A stretch of 64,000 bases of DNA from the human T2T-CHM13v2.0 reference genome, Homo sapiens (GCF_009914755.1 NC_060925.1), one strand, 5' to 3'. Counted from the stretch's first letter, positions 43,902 through 60,300 are shown. Program-made: numbers and translations. Notes: generated by a model not told the origin, from the letters alone.

Positions 43902-46900
43902 GAATTCAAAGGAATCATCATCAAATGGAACCGAATGGAATCCTCATTGAATGGAAATGAAAGGGGTCATCATCTAATGGAATCGCATGGAATCATCATC
44001 AAATGGAATCGAATGGAATCATCATCAAATGGAATCTAATGGAATCATTGAACAGAATTGAATGGAATCGTCATCGAATGAATTGAATGCAATCATCGAA
44101 TGGTCTCGAATGGAATCATCTTCTAATGGAAAGGAATGGAATCATCGCATAGAATCGAATGGAATTATCATCGAATGGAATCGAATGGTATCAACACCAA
44201 ACGGAAAAAAACGGAATTATCGAATGGAATCGAAGAGAATCTTCGAACGGACCCGAATGGAATCATCTAATGGAATGGAATGGAATAATCCATGGACTCG
44301 AATGCAATCATCATCGAATGGAATCGAATGGAATCATCGAATGGACTCGAATGGAATAATCATTGAACGGAATCGAATGGAATCATCATCGGATGGAAAC
44401 GAATGGAATCATCATCGAATGGAAATGAAAGGAGTCATCATCTAATGGAATTGCATGGAATCATCATAAAATGGAATCGAATGGAATCAACATCAAATGG
44501 AATCAAATGGAATCATTGAACGGAATTGAATGGAATCGTCATCGAATGAATTGACTGCAATCATCGAATGGTCTCGAATGGAATCATCTTCAAATGGAAT
44601 GGAATGGAATCATCGCATAGAATCGAATGGAATTATCATCGAATGGAATCGAATGGAATCAACATCCAACGGAAAAAAACGGAATTATCGAATGGAATCG
44701 AAGAGAATCATCGAATGGACCCGAATGGAATCATCTAATGGAATGGAATGGAATAATCCATGGACTCGAATGCAATCATCATCGAATGGAATCGAATGGA
44801 ATCATCGAATGGACTCGAATGGAATAATCATTGAACGGAATCGAATGGAATCATCATCGGATGGAAATGAATGGAATCATCATCGAATGGAATCGAATAG
44901 AATTATGGAATGAAATCCAGTGTGATCATCATCGAAAGGACCCGAATGGAATCATCATCCAACGGAAGCTAATGGAATCAACATCGAATGAATCGAATGG
45001 AAACACCATCGAATTGAAACGAATGGAATTATCATGAAATTGAAATGGATGGACTCATCATCGAATGGATTCGAATGGAATCATCGAATAAAATTGATTG
45101 AAATCATCATCGAATGGAATCGAATGGTATCATTGAATGGAATCGAATGGAATCATCATCAGATGGAAATGAATGGAATCGTCATAGAATGGAATCGAAT
45201 GGATTCATTGAATGGAATCAGATGGAATCATCGAATGGACTGGAATGGAATCATTGAATGGACTCGAAAGGGATCATGATTGAATGGAATTGAATGGAAT
45301 CATCGAATGGTCTCGATTGGAATCATTATCAAATGGAATCGAATGGAATCACCGAATAGAATCGAATGGAACAATCATCGAATGGACTCAAATGGAATTA
45401 TCCTCAAATGGAATCGAATGGAATTATCGAATGCAATCGAATGGAATTATCGAATGCAATCGAATAGAATCATCGAATGGACTCGAATGGAATCATCGAA
45501 TGGAATGGAATGGAACAGTCAATGAACTCGAATGGAATCATCATTGAAAGGAATCGAATGGAATCATCGAGTGGAATCGAATGGAATTATGATCAAATGG
45601 AATCGAATGTAATCATCATCAAATGGAATCAAAAATAACCATCATCAATTGGTATTGAATGGAATTGTCATCAAATGGAATTCAAAGGAATCATCATCAA
45701 ATGGAACCGAATGGAATCCTCATTGAATGGAAATGAAAGGGGTCATCATCTAATGGAATCGGATGGAATCATCATCAAATGGAATCGAATGGAATCATCA
45801 TCAAATGGAATCTAATGGAATCATTGAACAGAATTGAATGGAATCGTCATCGAATGAATTGAATGCAATCATCGAATGGTCTCGAATGGAATCATCTTCT
45901 AATGGAAAGGAATGGAATCATCGCATAGAATCGAATGGAATTATCATCGAATGGAATCGAATGGTATCAACACCAAACGGAAAAAAACGGAATTATCGAA
46001 TGGAATCGAAGAGAATCTTCGAACGGACCCGAATGGAATCATCTAATGGAATGGAATGGAATAATCCATGGACTCGAATGCAATCATCATCGAATGGAAT
46101 CGAATGGAATCATCGAATGGACTCGAATGGAATAATCATTGAACGGAATCGAATGGAATCATCATCGGATGGAAACGAATGGAATCATCATCGAATGGAA
46201 ATGAAAGGAGTCATCATCTAATGGAATTGCATGGAATCATCATAAAATGGAATCGAATGGAATCAACATCAAATGGAATCAAATGGAATCATTGAACGGA
46301 ATTGAATGGAATCGTCATCGAATGAATTGAATGCAATCATCGAATGGTCTCGAATGGAATCATCTTCAAATGGAATGGAATGGAATCATCGCATAGAATC
46401 GAATGGAATTATCATCGAATGGAATCGAATGGAATCAACATCCAACGGAAAAAAACGGAATTATCGAATGGAATCGAAGAGAATCATCGAATGGACCCGA
46501 ATGGAATCATCTAATGGAATGGAATGGAATAATCCATGGACTCGAATGCAATCATCATCGAATGGAATCGAATGGAATCATCGAATGGACTCGAATGGAA
46601 TAATCATTGAACGGAATCGAATGGAATCATCATCGGATGGAAATGAATGGAATCATCATCGAATGGAATCGAATAGAATTATGGAATGAAATCCAGTGTG
46701 ATCATCATCGAATGGACCCGAATGGAATCATCATCCAACGGAAGCTAATGGAATCAACATCGAATGAATCAAATGGAAACACCATCGAATTGAAACGAAT
46801 GGAATTATCATGAAATTGAAATGGATGGACTCATCATCGAATGGATTCGAATGGAATCATCGAATAAAATTGATTGAAATCATCATCGAATGGAATCGAA

Positions 46901-49900
46901 TGGTATCATTGAATGGAATCGAATGGAATCATCATCAGATGGAAATGAATGGAATCGTCATAGAATGGAATCGAATGGATTCATTGAATGGAATCAGATG
47001 GAATCATCGAATGGACTGGAATGGAATCATTGAATGGACTCGAAAGGGATCATTATTGAATGGAATTGAATGGAATCATTGAATGGTCTCGATTGGAATC
47101 ATTATCAAATGGAATCGAATGGAATCACCGAATAGAATCGTATAGAACAATCATCGAATGGACTCAAATGGAATTATCCTCAAATGGAATCGAATGGAAT
47201 TATCGAATGCAATCGAATGGAATTATCGAATGCAATCGAATAGAATCATCGAATGGACTCGAATGGAATCATCGAATGGAATGGAATGGAACAGTCAATG
47301 AACTCGAATGGAATCATCATTGAATGGAATCGAATGGAATCATCGAGTGGAATCGAATGGAATTATGATCAAATGGAATCGAATGTAATCATCATCAAAT
47401 GGAATCAAAAATAACCATCATCAATTGGTATTGAATGGAATTGTCATCAAATGGAATTCAAAGGAATCATCATCAAATGGAACCGAATGGAATCCTCATT
47501 GAATGGAAATGAAAGGGGTCATCATCTAATGGAATCGCATGGAATCATCATCAAATGGAATCGAATGGAATCATCATCAAATGGAATCTAATGGAATCAT
47601 TGAACAGAATTGAATGGAATCGTCATCGAATGAATTGAATGCAATCATCGAATGGTCTCGAATGGAATCATCTTCTAATGGAAAGGAATGGAATCATCGC
47701 ATAGAATCGAATGGAATTATCATCGAATGGAATCGAATGGTATCAACACCAAACGGAAAAAAACGGAATTATCGAATGGAATCGAAGAGAATCTTCGAAC
47801 GGACCCGAATGGAATCATCTAATGGAATGGAATGGAATAATCCATGGACTCGAATGCAATCATCATCGAATGGAATGGAATGGAATCATCGAATGGACTC
47901 GAATGGAATAATCATTGAACGGAATCGAATGGAATCATCATCGGATGGAAACGAATGGAATCATCATCGAATGGAAATGAAAGGAGTCATCATCTAATGG
48001 AATTGCATGGAATCATCATAAAATGGAATCGAATGGAATCAACATCAAATGGAATCAAATGGAATCATTGAACGGAATTGAATGGAATCGTCATCGAATG
48101 AATTGACTGCAATCATCGAATGGTCTCGAATGGAATCATCTTCAAATGGAATGGAATGGAATCATCGCATAGAATCGAATGGAATTATCATCGAATGGAA
48201 TCGAATGGAATCAACATCCAACGGAAAAAAACGGAATTATCGAATGGAATCGAAGAGAATCATCGAATGGACCCGAATGGAATCATCTAATGGAATGGAA
48301 TGGAATAATCCATGGACTCGAATGCAATCATCATCGAATGGAATCGAATGGAATCATCGAATGGACTCGAATGGAATAATCATTGAACGGAATCGAATGG
48401 AATCATCATCGGATGGAAATGAATGGAATCATCATCGAATGGAATCGAATAGAATTATGGAATGAAATCCAGTGTGATCATCATCGAAAGGACCCGAATG
48501 GAATCATCATCCAACGGAAGCTAATGGAATCAACATCGAATGAATCGAATGGAAACACCATCGAATTGAAACGAATGGAATTATCATGAAATTGAAATGG
48601 ATGGACTCATCATCGAATGGATTCGAATGGAATCATCGAATAAAATTGATTGAAATCATCATCCAATGGAATCGAATGGTATCATTGAATGGAATCGAAT
48701 GGAATCATCATCAGATGGAAATGAATGGAATCGTCATAGAATGGAATCGAATGGATTCATTGAATGGAATCAGATGGAATCATCGAATGGACTGGAATGG
48801 AATCATTGAATGGACTCGAAAGGGATCATGATTGAATGGAATTGAATGGAATCATCGAATGGTCTCGATTGGAATCATTATCAAATGGAATCGAATGGAA
48901 TCACCGAATAGAATCGAATGGAACAATCATCGAATGGACTCAAATGGAATTATCCTCAAATGGAATCGAATGGAATTATCGAATGCAATCGAATGGAATT
49001 ATCGAATGCAATCGAATAGAATCATCGAATGGACTCGAATGGAATCATCGAATGGAATGGAATGGAACAGTCAATGAACTCGAATGGAATCATCATTGAA
49101 AGGAATCGAATGGAATCATCGAGTGGAATCGAATGGAATTATGATCAAATGGAATCGAATGTAATCATCATCAAATGGAATCAAAAATAACCATCATCAA
49201 TTGGTATTGAATGGAATTGTCATCAAATGGAATTCAAAGGAATCATCATCAAATGGAACCGAATGGAATCCTCATTGAATGGAAATGAAAGGGGTCATCA
49301 TCTAATGGAATCGGATGGAATCATCATCAAATGGAATCGAATGGAATCATCATCAAATGGAATCTAATGGAATCATTGAACAGAATTGAATGGAATCGTC
49401 ATCGAATGAATTGAATGCAATCATCGAATGGTCTCGAATGGAATCATCTTCTAATGGAAAGGAATGGAATCATCGCATAGAATCGAATGGAATTATCATC
49501 GAATGGAATCGAATGGTATCAACACCAAACGGAAAAAAACGGAATTATCGAATGGAATCGAAGAGAATCTTCGAACGGACCCGAATGGAATCATCTAATG
49601 GAATGGAATGGAATAATCCATGGACTCGAATGCAATCATCATCGAATGGAATCGAATGGAATCATCGAATGGACTCGAATGGAATAATCATTGAACGGAA
49701 TCGAATGGAATCATCATCGGATGGAAACGAATGGAATCATCATCGAATGGAAATGAAAGGAGTCATCATCTAATGGAATTGCATGGAATCATCATAAAAT
49801 GGAATCGAATGGAATCAACATCAAATGGAATCAAATGGAATCATTGAACGGAATTGAATGGAATCGTCATCGAATGAATTGAATGCAATCATCAAATGGT

Positions 49901-52900
49901 CTCGAATGGAATCATCTTCAAATGGAATGGAATGGAATCATCGCATAGAATCGAATGGAATTATCATCGAATGGAATCGAATGGAATCAACATCCAACGG
50001 AAAAAAACGGAATTATCGAATGGAATCGAAGAGAATCATCGAATGGACCCGAATGGAATCATCTAATGGAATGGAATGGAATAATCCATGGACTCGAATG
50101 CAATCATCATCGAATGGAATCGAATGGAATCATCGAATGGACTCGAATGGAATAATCATTGAACGGAATCGAATGGAATCATCATCGGATGGAAATGAAT
50201 GGAATCATCATCGAATGGAATCGAATAGAATTATGGAATGAAATCCAGTGTGATCATCATCGAATGGACCCGAATGGAATCATCATCCAACGGAAGCTAA
50301 CGGAATCAACATCGAATGAATCGAATGGAAACACCATCGAATTGAAACGAATGGAATTATCATGAAATTGAAATGGATGGACTCATCATCGAATGGATTC
50401 GAATGGAATCATCGAATAAAATTGATTGAAATCATCATCCAATGGAATCGAATGGTATCATTGAATGGAATCGAATGGAATCATCATCAGATGGAAATGA
50501 ATGGAATCGTCATAGAATGGAATCGAATGGATTCATTGAATGGAATCAGATGGAATCATCGAATGGACTGGAATGGAATCATTGAATGGACTCGAAAGGG
50601 ATCATGATTGAATGGAATTGAATGGAATCATCGAATGGTCTCGATTGGAATCATTATCAAATGGAATCGAATGGAATCACCGAATAGAATCGAATGGAAC
50701 AATCATCGAATGGACTCAAATGGAATTATCCTCCAATGGAATCGAATGGAATTATCGAATGCAATCGAATGGAATTATCGAATGCAATCGAATAGAATCA
50801 TCGAATGGACTCGAATGGAATCATCGAATGGAATGGAATGGAACAGTCAATGAACTCGAATGGAATCATCATTGAATGGAATCGAATGGAATCATCGAGT
50901 GGAATCGAATGGAATTATGATCAAATGGAATCGAATGTAATCATCATGAAATGGAATCAAAAATAACCATCATCAATTGGTATTGAATGGAATTGTCATC
51001 AAATGGAATTCAAAGGAATAATCATCAAATGGAACCGAATGGAATCCTCATTGAATGGAAATGAAAGGGGTCATCATCTAATGGAATCGCATGGAATCAT
51101 CATCAAATGGAATCGAATGGAATCATCATCAAATGGAATCTAATGGAATCATTGAACAGAATTGAATGGAATCGTCATCAAATGAATTGAATGCAATCAT
51201 CGAATGGTCTCGAATGGAATCATCTTCTAATGGAAAGGAATGGAATCATCGCATAGAATCGAATGGAATTATCATCGAATGGAATCGAATGGTATCAACA
51301 CCAAACGGAAAAAAACGGAATTATCGAATGGAATCGAAGAGAATCTTCGAACGGACCCGAATGGAATCATCTAATGGAATGGAATGGAATAATCCATGGA
51401 CTCGAATGCAATCATCATCGAATGGAATGGAATGGAATCATCGAATGGACTCGAATGGAATAATCATTGAACGGAATCGAATGGAATCATCATCGGATGG
51501 AAACGAATGGAATCATCATCGAATGGAAATGAAAGGAGTCATCATCTAATGGAATTGCATGGAATCATCATAAAATGGAATCGAATGGAATCAACATCAA
51601 ATGGAATCAAATGGAATCATTGAACGGAATTGAATGGAATCGTCATCGAATGAATTGACTGCAATCATCGAATGGTCTCGAATGGAATCATCTTCAAATG
51701 GAATGGAATGGAATCATCGCATAGAATCGAATGGAATTATCATCGAATGGAATCGAATGGAATCAACATCAAACGGAAAAAAACAGAATTATCGTATGGA
51801 ATCGAAGAGAATCATCGAATGGACCCGAATGGAATCATCTAATGGAATGGAATGGAATAATCCATGGACTCGAATGCAATCATCATCGAATGGAATCGAA
51901 TGGAATCATCGAATGGACTCGAATGGAATAATCATTGAACGGAATCGAATGGAATCATCATCGGATGGAAATGAATGGAATCATCATCGAATGGAATCGA
52001 ATAGAATTATGGAATGAAATCCAGTGTGATCATCATCGAATGGACCCGAATGGAATCATCATCCAACGGAAGCTAATGGAATCAACATCGAATGAATCGA
52101 ATGGAAACACCATCGAATTGAAACGAATGGAATTATCATGAAATTGAAATGGATGGACTCATCATCGAATGGATTCGAATGGAATCATCGAATAAAATTG
52201 ATTGAAATCATCATCAAATGGAATCGAATGGTATCATTGAATGGAATCGAATGGAATCATCATCAGATGGAAATGAATGGAATCGTCATAGAATGGAATC
52301 GAATGGATTCATTGAATGGAATCAGATGGAATCATCGAATGGACTGGAATGGAATCATTGAATGGACTCGAAAGGGATCATGATTGAATGGAATTGAATG
52401 GAATCATCGAATGGTCTCGATTGGAATCATTACCAAATGGAATCGAATGGAATCACCGAATAGAATCGAATGGAACAATCATCGAATGGACTCAAATGGA
52501 ATTATCCTCCAATGGAATCGAATGGAATTATCGAATGCAATCGAATGGAATTATCGAATGCAATCGAATAGAATCATCGAATGGACTCGAATGGAATCAT
52601 CGAATGGAATGGAATGGAACAGTCAATGAACTCGAATGGAATCATCATTGAATGGAATCGAATGGAATCATCGAGTGGAATCGAATGGAATTATGATCAA
52701 ATGGAATCGAATGTAATCATCATGAAATGGAATCAAAAATAACCATCATCAATTGGTATTGAATGGAATTGTCATCAAATGGAATTCAAAGGAATCATCA
52801 TCAAATGGAACCGAATGGAATCCTCATTGAATGGAAATGAAAGGGGTCATCATCTAATGGAATCGCATGGAATCATCATCAAATGGAATCGAATGGAATC

Positions 52901-55900
52901 ATCATCAAATGGAATCTAATGGAATCATTGAACAGAATTGAATGGAATCGTCATCAAATGAATTGAATGCAATCATCGAATGGTCTCGAATGGAATCATC
53001 TTCTAATGGAAAGGAATGGAATCATCGCATAGAATCGAATGGAATTATCATCGAATGGAATCGAATGGTATCAACACCAAACGGAAAAAAACGGAATTAT
53101 CGAATGGAATCGAAGAGAATCTTCGAACGGACCCGAATGGAATCATCTAATGGAATGGAATGGAATAATCCATGGACTCGAATGCAATCATCATCGAATG
53201 GAATGGAATGGAATCATCGAATGGACTCGAATGGAATAATCATTGAACGGAATCGAATGGAATCATCATCGGATGGAAACGAATGGAATCATCATCGAAT
53301 GGAAATGAAAGGAGTCATCATCTAATGGAATTGCATGGAATCATCATAAAATGGAATCGAATGGAATCAACATCAAATGGAATCAAATGGAATCATTGAA
53401 CGGAATTGAATGGAATCGTCATCGAATGAATTGACTGCAATCATCGAATGGTCTCGAATGGAATCATCTTCAAATGGAATGGAATGGAATCATCGCATAG
53501 AATCGAATGGAATTATCATCGAATGGAATCGAATGGAATCAACATCAAACGGAAAAAAACAGAATTATCGTATGGAATCGAAGAGAATCATCGAATGGAC
53601 CCGAATGGAATCATCTAATGGAATGGAATGGAATAATCCATGGACTCGAATGCAATCATCATCGAATGGAATCGAATGGAATCATCGAATGGACTCGAAT
53701 GGAATAATCATTGAACGGAATCGAATGGAATCATCATCGGATGGAAATGAATGGAATCATCATCGAATGGAATCGAATAGAATTATGGAATGAAATCCAG
53801 TGTGATCATCATCGAATGGACCCGAATGGAATCATCATCCAACGGAAGCTAATGGAATCAACATCGAATGAATCGAATGGAAACACCATCGAATTGAAAC
53901 GAATGGAATTATCATGAAATTGAAATGGATGGACTCATCATCGAATGGATTCGAATGGAATCATCGAATAAAATTGATTGAAATCATCATCAAATGGAAT
54001 CGAATGGTATCATTGAATGGAATCGAATGGAATCATCATCAGATGGAAATGAATGGAATCGTCATAGAATGGAATCGAATGGATTCATTGAATGGAATCA
54101 GATGGAATCATCGAATGGACTGGAATGGAATCATTGAATGGACTCGAAAGGGATCATGATTGAATGGAATTGAATGGAATCATCGAATGGTCTCGATTGG
54201 AATCATTACCAAATGGAATCGAATGGAATCACCGAATAGAATCGAATGGAACAATCATCGAATGGACTCAAATGGAATTATCCTCAAATGGAATCGAATG
54301 GAATTATCGAATGCAATCGAATGGAATTATCGAATGCAATCGAATAGAATCATCGAAAGGACTCGAATGGAATCATCGAATGGAATGGAATGGAACAGTC
54401 AATGAACTCGAATGGAATCATCATTGAATGGAATCGAATGGAATCATCGAGTGGAATCGAATGGAATTATGATCAAATGGAATCGAATGTAATCATCATC
54501 AAATGGAATCAAAAATAACCATCATCAATTGGTATTGAATGGAATTGTCATCAAATGGAATTCAAAGGAATCATCATCAAATGGAACCGAATGGAATCCT
54601 CATTGAATGGAAATGAAAGGGGTCATCATCTAATGGAATCGCATGGAATCATCATCAAATGGAATCGAATGGAATCATCATCAAATGGAATCTAATGGAA
54701 TCATTGAACAGAATTGAATGGAATCGTCATCGAATGAATTGAATGCAATCATCGAATGGTCTCGAATGGAATCATCTTCTAATGGAAAGGAATGGAATCA
54801 TCGCATAGAATCGAATGGAATTATCATCGAATGGAATCGAATGGTATCAACACCAAACGGAAAAAAACGGAATTATCGAATGGAATCGAAGAGAATCTTC
54901 GAACGGACCCGAATGGAATCATCTAATGGAATGGAATGGAATAATCCATGGACTCGAATGCAATCATCATCGAATGGAATCGAATGGAATCATCGAATGG
55001 ACTCGAATGGAATAATCATTGAACGGAATCGAATGGAATCATCATCGGATGGAAACGAATGGAATCATCATCGAATGGAAATGAAAGGAGTCATCATCTA
55101 ATGGAATTGCATGGAATCATCATAAAATGGAATCGAATGGAATCAACATCAAATGGAATCAAATGGAATCATTGAACGGAATTGAATGGAATCGTCATCG
55201 AATGAATTGACTGCAATCATCGAATGGTCTCGAATGGAATCATCTTCAAATGGAATGGAATGGAATCATCGCATAGAATAGAATGGAATTATCATCGAAT
55301 GGAATCGAATGGAATCAACATCCAACGGAAAAAAACAGAATTATCGTATGGAATCGAAGAGAATCATCGAATGGACCCGAATGGAATCATCTAATGGAAT
55401 GGAATGGAATAATCCATGGACTCGAATGCAATCATCATCGAATGGAATCGAATGGAATCATCGAATGGACTCGAATGGAATAATCATTGAACGGAATCGA
55501 ATGGAATCATCATCGGATGGAAATGAATGGAATCATCATCGAATGGAATCGAATAGAATTATGGAATGAAATCCAGTGTGATCATCATCGAATGGACCCG
55601 AATGGAATCATCATCCAACGGAAGCTAATGGAATCAACATCGAATGAATCGAATGGAAACACCATCGAATTGAAACGAATGGAATTATCATGAAATTGAA
55701 ATGGATGGACTCATCATCGAATGGATTCGAATGGAATCATCGAATAAAATTGATTGAAATCATCATCAAATGGAATCGAATGGTATCATTGAATGGAATC
55801 GAATGGAATCATCATCAGATGGAAATGAATGGAATCGTCATAGAATGGAATCGAATGGATTCATTGAATGGAATCAGATGGAATCATCGAATGGACTGGA

Positions 55901-56333
55901 ATGGAATCATTGAATGGACTCGAAAGGGATCATGATTGAATGGAATTGAATGGAATCATCGAATGGTCTCGATTGGAATCATTACCAAATGGAATCGAAT
56001 GGAATCACCGAATAGAATCGAATGGAACAATCATCGAATGGACTCAAATGGAATTATCCTCAAATGGAATCGAATGGAATTATCGAATGCAATCGAATGG
56101 AATTATCGAATGCAATCGAATAGAATCATTGAAAGGACTCGAATGGAATCATCGAATGGAATGGAATGGAACAGTCAATGAACTCGAATGGAATCATCAT
56201 TGAATGGAATCGAATGAAATCATCGAATGGAATCGAATGGAATTATGATCAAATGGAATCGAATGTAATCATCATCAAATGGAATCAAAAATAACCATCA
56301 TCAATTGGTATTGAATGGAATTGTCATCAAATG

Positions 56334-57396
56334 GAATTCAAAGGAATCATCATCAAATGGAACCGAATGGAATCCTCATTGAATGGAAATGAAAGGGGTC
56401 ATCATCTAATGGAATCGCATGGAATCATCATCAAATGGAATCGAATGGAATCATCATCAAATGGAATCTAATGGAATCATTGAACAGAATTGAATGGAAT
56501 CGTCATCGAATGAATTGAATGCACTCATCGAATGGTCTCGAATGGAATCATCTTCTAATGGAAAGGAATGGAATCATCGCATAGAATCGAATGGAATTAT
56601 CATCGAATGGAATCGAATGGTATCAACACCAAACGGAAAAAAACGGAATTATCGAATGGAATCGAAGAGAATCTTCGAACGGACCCGAATGGAATCATCT
56701 AATGGAATGGAATGGAATAATCCATGGACTCGAATGCAATCATCATCGAATGGAATCGAATGGAGTCATCGAATGGACTCGAATGGAATAATCATTGAAC
56801 GGAATCGAATGGAATCATCATCGGATGGAAACGAATGGAATCATCATCGAATGGAAATGAAAGGAGTCATCATCTAATGGAATTGCATGGAATCATCATA
56901 AAATGGAATCGAATGGAATCAACATCAAATGGAATCAAATGGAATCATTGAACGGAATTGAATGGAATCGTCATCGAATGAATTGAATGCAATCATCGAA
57001 TGGTCTCGAATGGAATCATCTTCAAATGGAATGGAATGGAATCATCGCATAGAATCGAATGGAATTATCATCGAATGGAATCGAATGGAATCAACATCAA
57101 ACGGAAAAAAACGGAATTATCGAATGGAATAGAAGAGAATCATCGAATGGACCCGAATGGAATCATCTAATGGAATGGAATGGAATAATCCATGGACTCG
57201 AATGCAATCATCATCGAATGGAATCGAATGGAATCATCGAATGAACTCGAATGGAATCATCATTGAATGGAATCGAATGGAATCATCGAGTGGAATCGAA
57301 TGGAATTATGATCAAATGGAATCGAATGTAATCATCATCAAATGGAATCAAAAATAACCATCATCAATTGGTATTGAATGGAATTGTCATCAAATG
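56334..57396 (+). repeat. Isolated 1063-bp truncated unit (713-bp deletion)
   Basis: Same junction at ~57240; spacing from 56494 to 57557 is 1063; shares rare SNPs (GCACTC, GGAGTCATCG, GAATAGAAG) with the 42839 unit. Confidence 0.93.
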
Positions 57397-60300
57397 GAAT
57401 TCAAAGGAATCATCATCAAATGGAACCGAATGGAATCCTCATTGAATGGAAATGAAAGGGGTCATCATCTAATGGAATCGCATGGAATCATCATCAAATG
57501 GAATCGAATGGAATCATCATCAAATGGAATCTAATGGAATCATTGAACAGAATTGAATGGAATCGTCATCGAATGAATTGAATGCAATCATCGAATGGTC
57601 TCGAATGGAATCATCTTCTAATGGAAAGGAATGGAATCATCGCATAGAATCGAATGGAATTATCATCGAATGGAATCGAATGGTATCAACACCAAACGGA
57701 AAAAAACGGAATTATCGAATGGAATCGAAGAGAATCTTCGAACGGACCCGAATGGAATCATCTAATGGAATGGAATGGAATAATCCATGGACTCGAATGC
57801 AATCATCATCGAATGGAATCGAATGGAATCATCGAATGGACTCGAATGGAATAATCATTGAACGGAATCGAATGGAATCATCATCGGATGGAAACGAATG
57901 GAATCATCATCGAATGGAAATGAAAGGAGTCATCACCTAATGGAATTGCATGGAATCATCATAAAATGGAATCGAATGGAATCAACATCAAATGGAATCA
58001 AATGGAATCATTGAACGGAATTGAATGGAATCGTCATCGAATGAATTGACTGCAATCATCGAATGGTCTCGAATGGAATCATCTTCAAATGGAATGGAAT
58101 GGAATCATCGCATAGAATCGAATGGAATTATCATCGAATGGAATCGAATGGAATCAACATCCAACGGAAAAAAACGGAATTATCGAATGGAATCGAAGAG
58201 AATCATCGAATGGACCCGAATGGAATCATCTAATGGAATGGAATGGAATAATCCATGGACTCGAATGCAATCATCATCGAATGGAATCGAATGGAATCAT
58301 CGAATGGACTCGAATGGAATAATCATTGAACGGAATCGAATGGAATCATCATCGGATGGAAATGAATGGAATCATCATCGAATGGAATCGAATAGAATTA
58401 TGGAATGAAATCCAGTGTGATCATCATCGAAAGGACCCGAATGGAATCATCATCCAACGGAAGCTAATGGAATCAACATCGAATGAATCGAATGGAAACA
58501 CCATCGAATTGAAACGAATGGAATTATCATGAAATTGAAATGGATGGACTCATCATCGAATGGATTCGAATGGAATCATCGAATAAAATTGATTGAAATC
58601 ATCATCGAATGGAATCGAATGGTATCATTGAATGGAATCGAATGGAATCATCATCAGATGGAAATGAATGGAATCGTCATAGAATGGAATCGAATGGATT
58701 CATTGAATGGAATCAGATGGAATCATCGAATGGACTGGAATGGAATCATTGAATGGACTCGAAAGGGATCATGATTGAATGGAATTGAATGGAATCATCG
58801 AATGGTCTCGATTGGAATCATTATCAAATGGAATCGAATGGAATCACCGAATAGAATCGAATGGAACAATCATCGAATGGACTCAAATGGAATTATCCTC
58901 AAATGGAATCGAATGGAATTATCGAATGCAATCGAATGGAATTATCGAATGCAATCGAATAGAATCATCGAATGGACTCGAATGGAATCATCGAATGGAA
59001 TGGAATGGAACAGTCAATGAACTCGAATGGAATCATCATTGAAAGGAATCGAATGGAATCATCGAGTGGAATCGAATGGAATTATGATCAAATGGAATCG
59101 AATGTAATCATCATCAAATGGAATCAAAAATAACCATCATCAATTGGTATTGAATGGAATTGTCATCAAATGGAATTCAAAGGAATCATCATCAAATGGA
59201 ACCGAATGGAATCCTCATTGAATGGAAATGAAAGGGGTCATCATCTAATGGAATCGGATGGAATCATCATCAAATGGAATCGAATGGAATCATCATCAAA
59301 TGGAATCTAATGGAATCATTGAACAGAATTGAATGGAATCGTCATCGAATGAATTGAATGCAATCATCGAATGGTCTCGAATGGAATCATCTTCTAATGG
59401 AAAGGAATGGAATCATCGCATAGAATCGAATGGAATTATCATCGAATGGAATCGAATGGTATCAACACCAAACGGAAAAAAACGGAATTATCGAATGGAA
59501 TCGAAGAGAATCTTCGAACGGACCCGAATGGAATCATCTAATGGAATGGAATGGAATAATCCATGGACTCGAATGCAATCATCATCGAATGGAATGGAAT
59601 GGAATCATCGAATGGACTCGAATGGAATAATCATTGAACGGAATCGAATGGAATCATCATCGGATGGAAACGAATGGAATCATCATCGAATGGAAATGAA
59701 AGGAGTCATCATCTAATGGAATTGCATGGAATCATCATAAAATGGAATCGAATGGAATCAACATCAAATGGAATCAAATGGAATCATTGAACGGAATTGA
59801 ATGGAATCGTCATCGAATGAATTGACTGCAATCATCGAATGGTCTCGAATGGAATCATCTTCAAATGGAATGGAATGGAATCATCGCATAGAATCGAATG
59901 GAATTATCATCGAATGGAATCGAATGGAATCAACATCCAACGGAAAAAAACGGAATTATCGAATGGAATCGAAGAGAATCATCGAATGGACCCGAATGGA
60001 ATCATCTAATGGAATGGAATGGAATAATCCATGGACTCGAATGCAATCATCATCGAATGGAATCGAATGGAATCATCGAATGGACTCGAATGGAATAATC
60101 ATTGAACGGAATCGAATGGAATCATCATCGGATGGAAATGAATGGAATCATCATCGAATGGAATCGAATAGAATTATGGAATGAAATCCAGTGTGATCAT
60201 CATCGAAAGGACCCGAATGGAATCATCATCCAACGGAAGCTAATGGAATCAACATCGAATGAATCGAATGGAAACACCATCGAATTGAAACGAATGGAAT

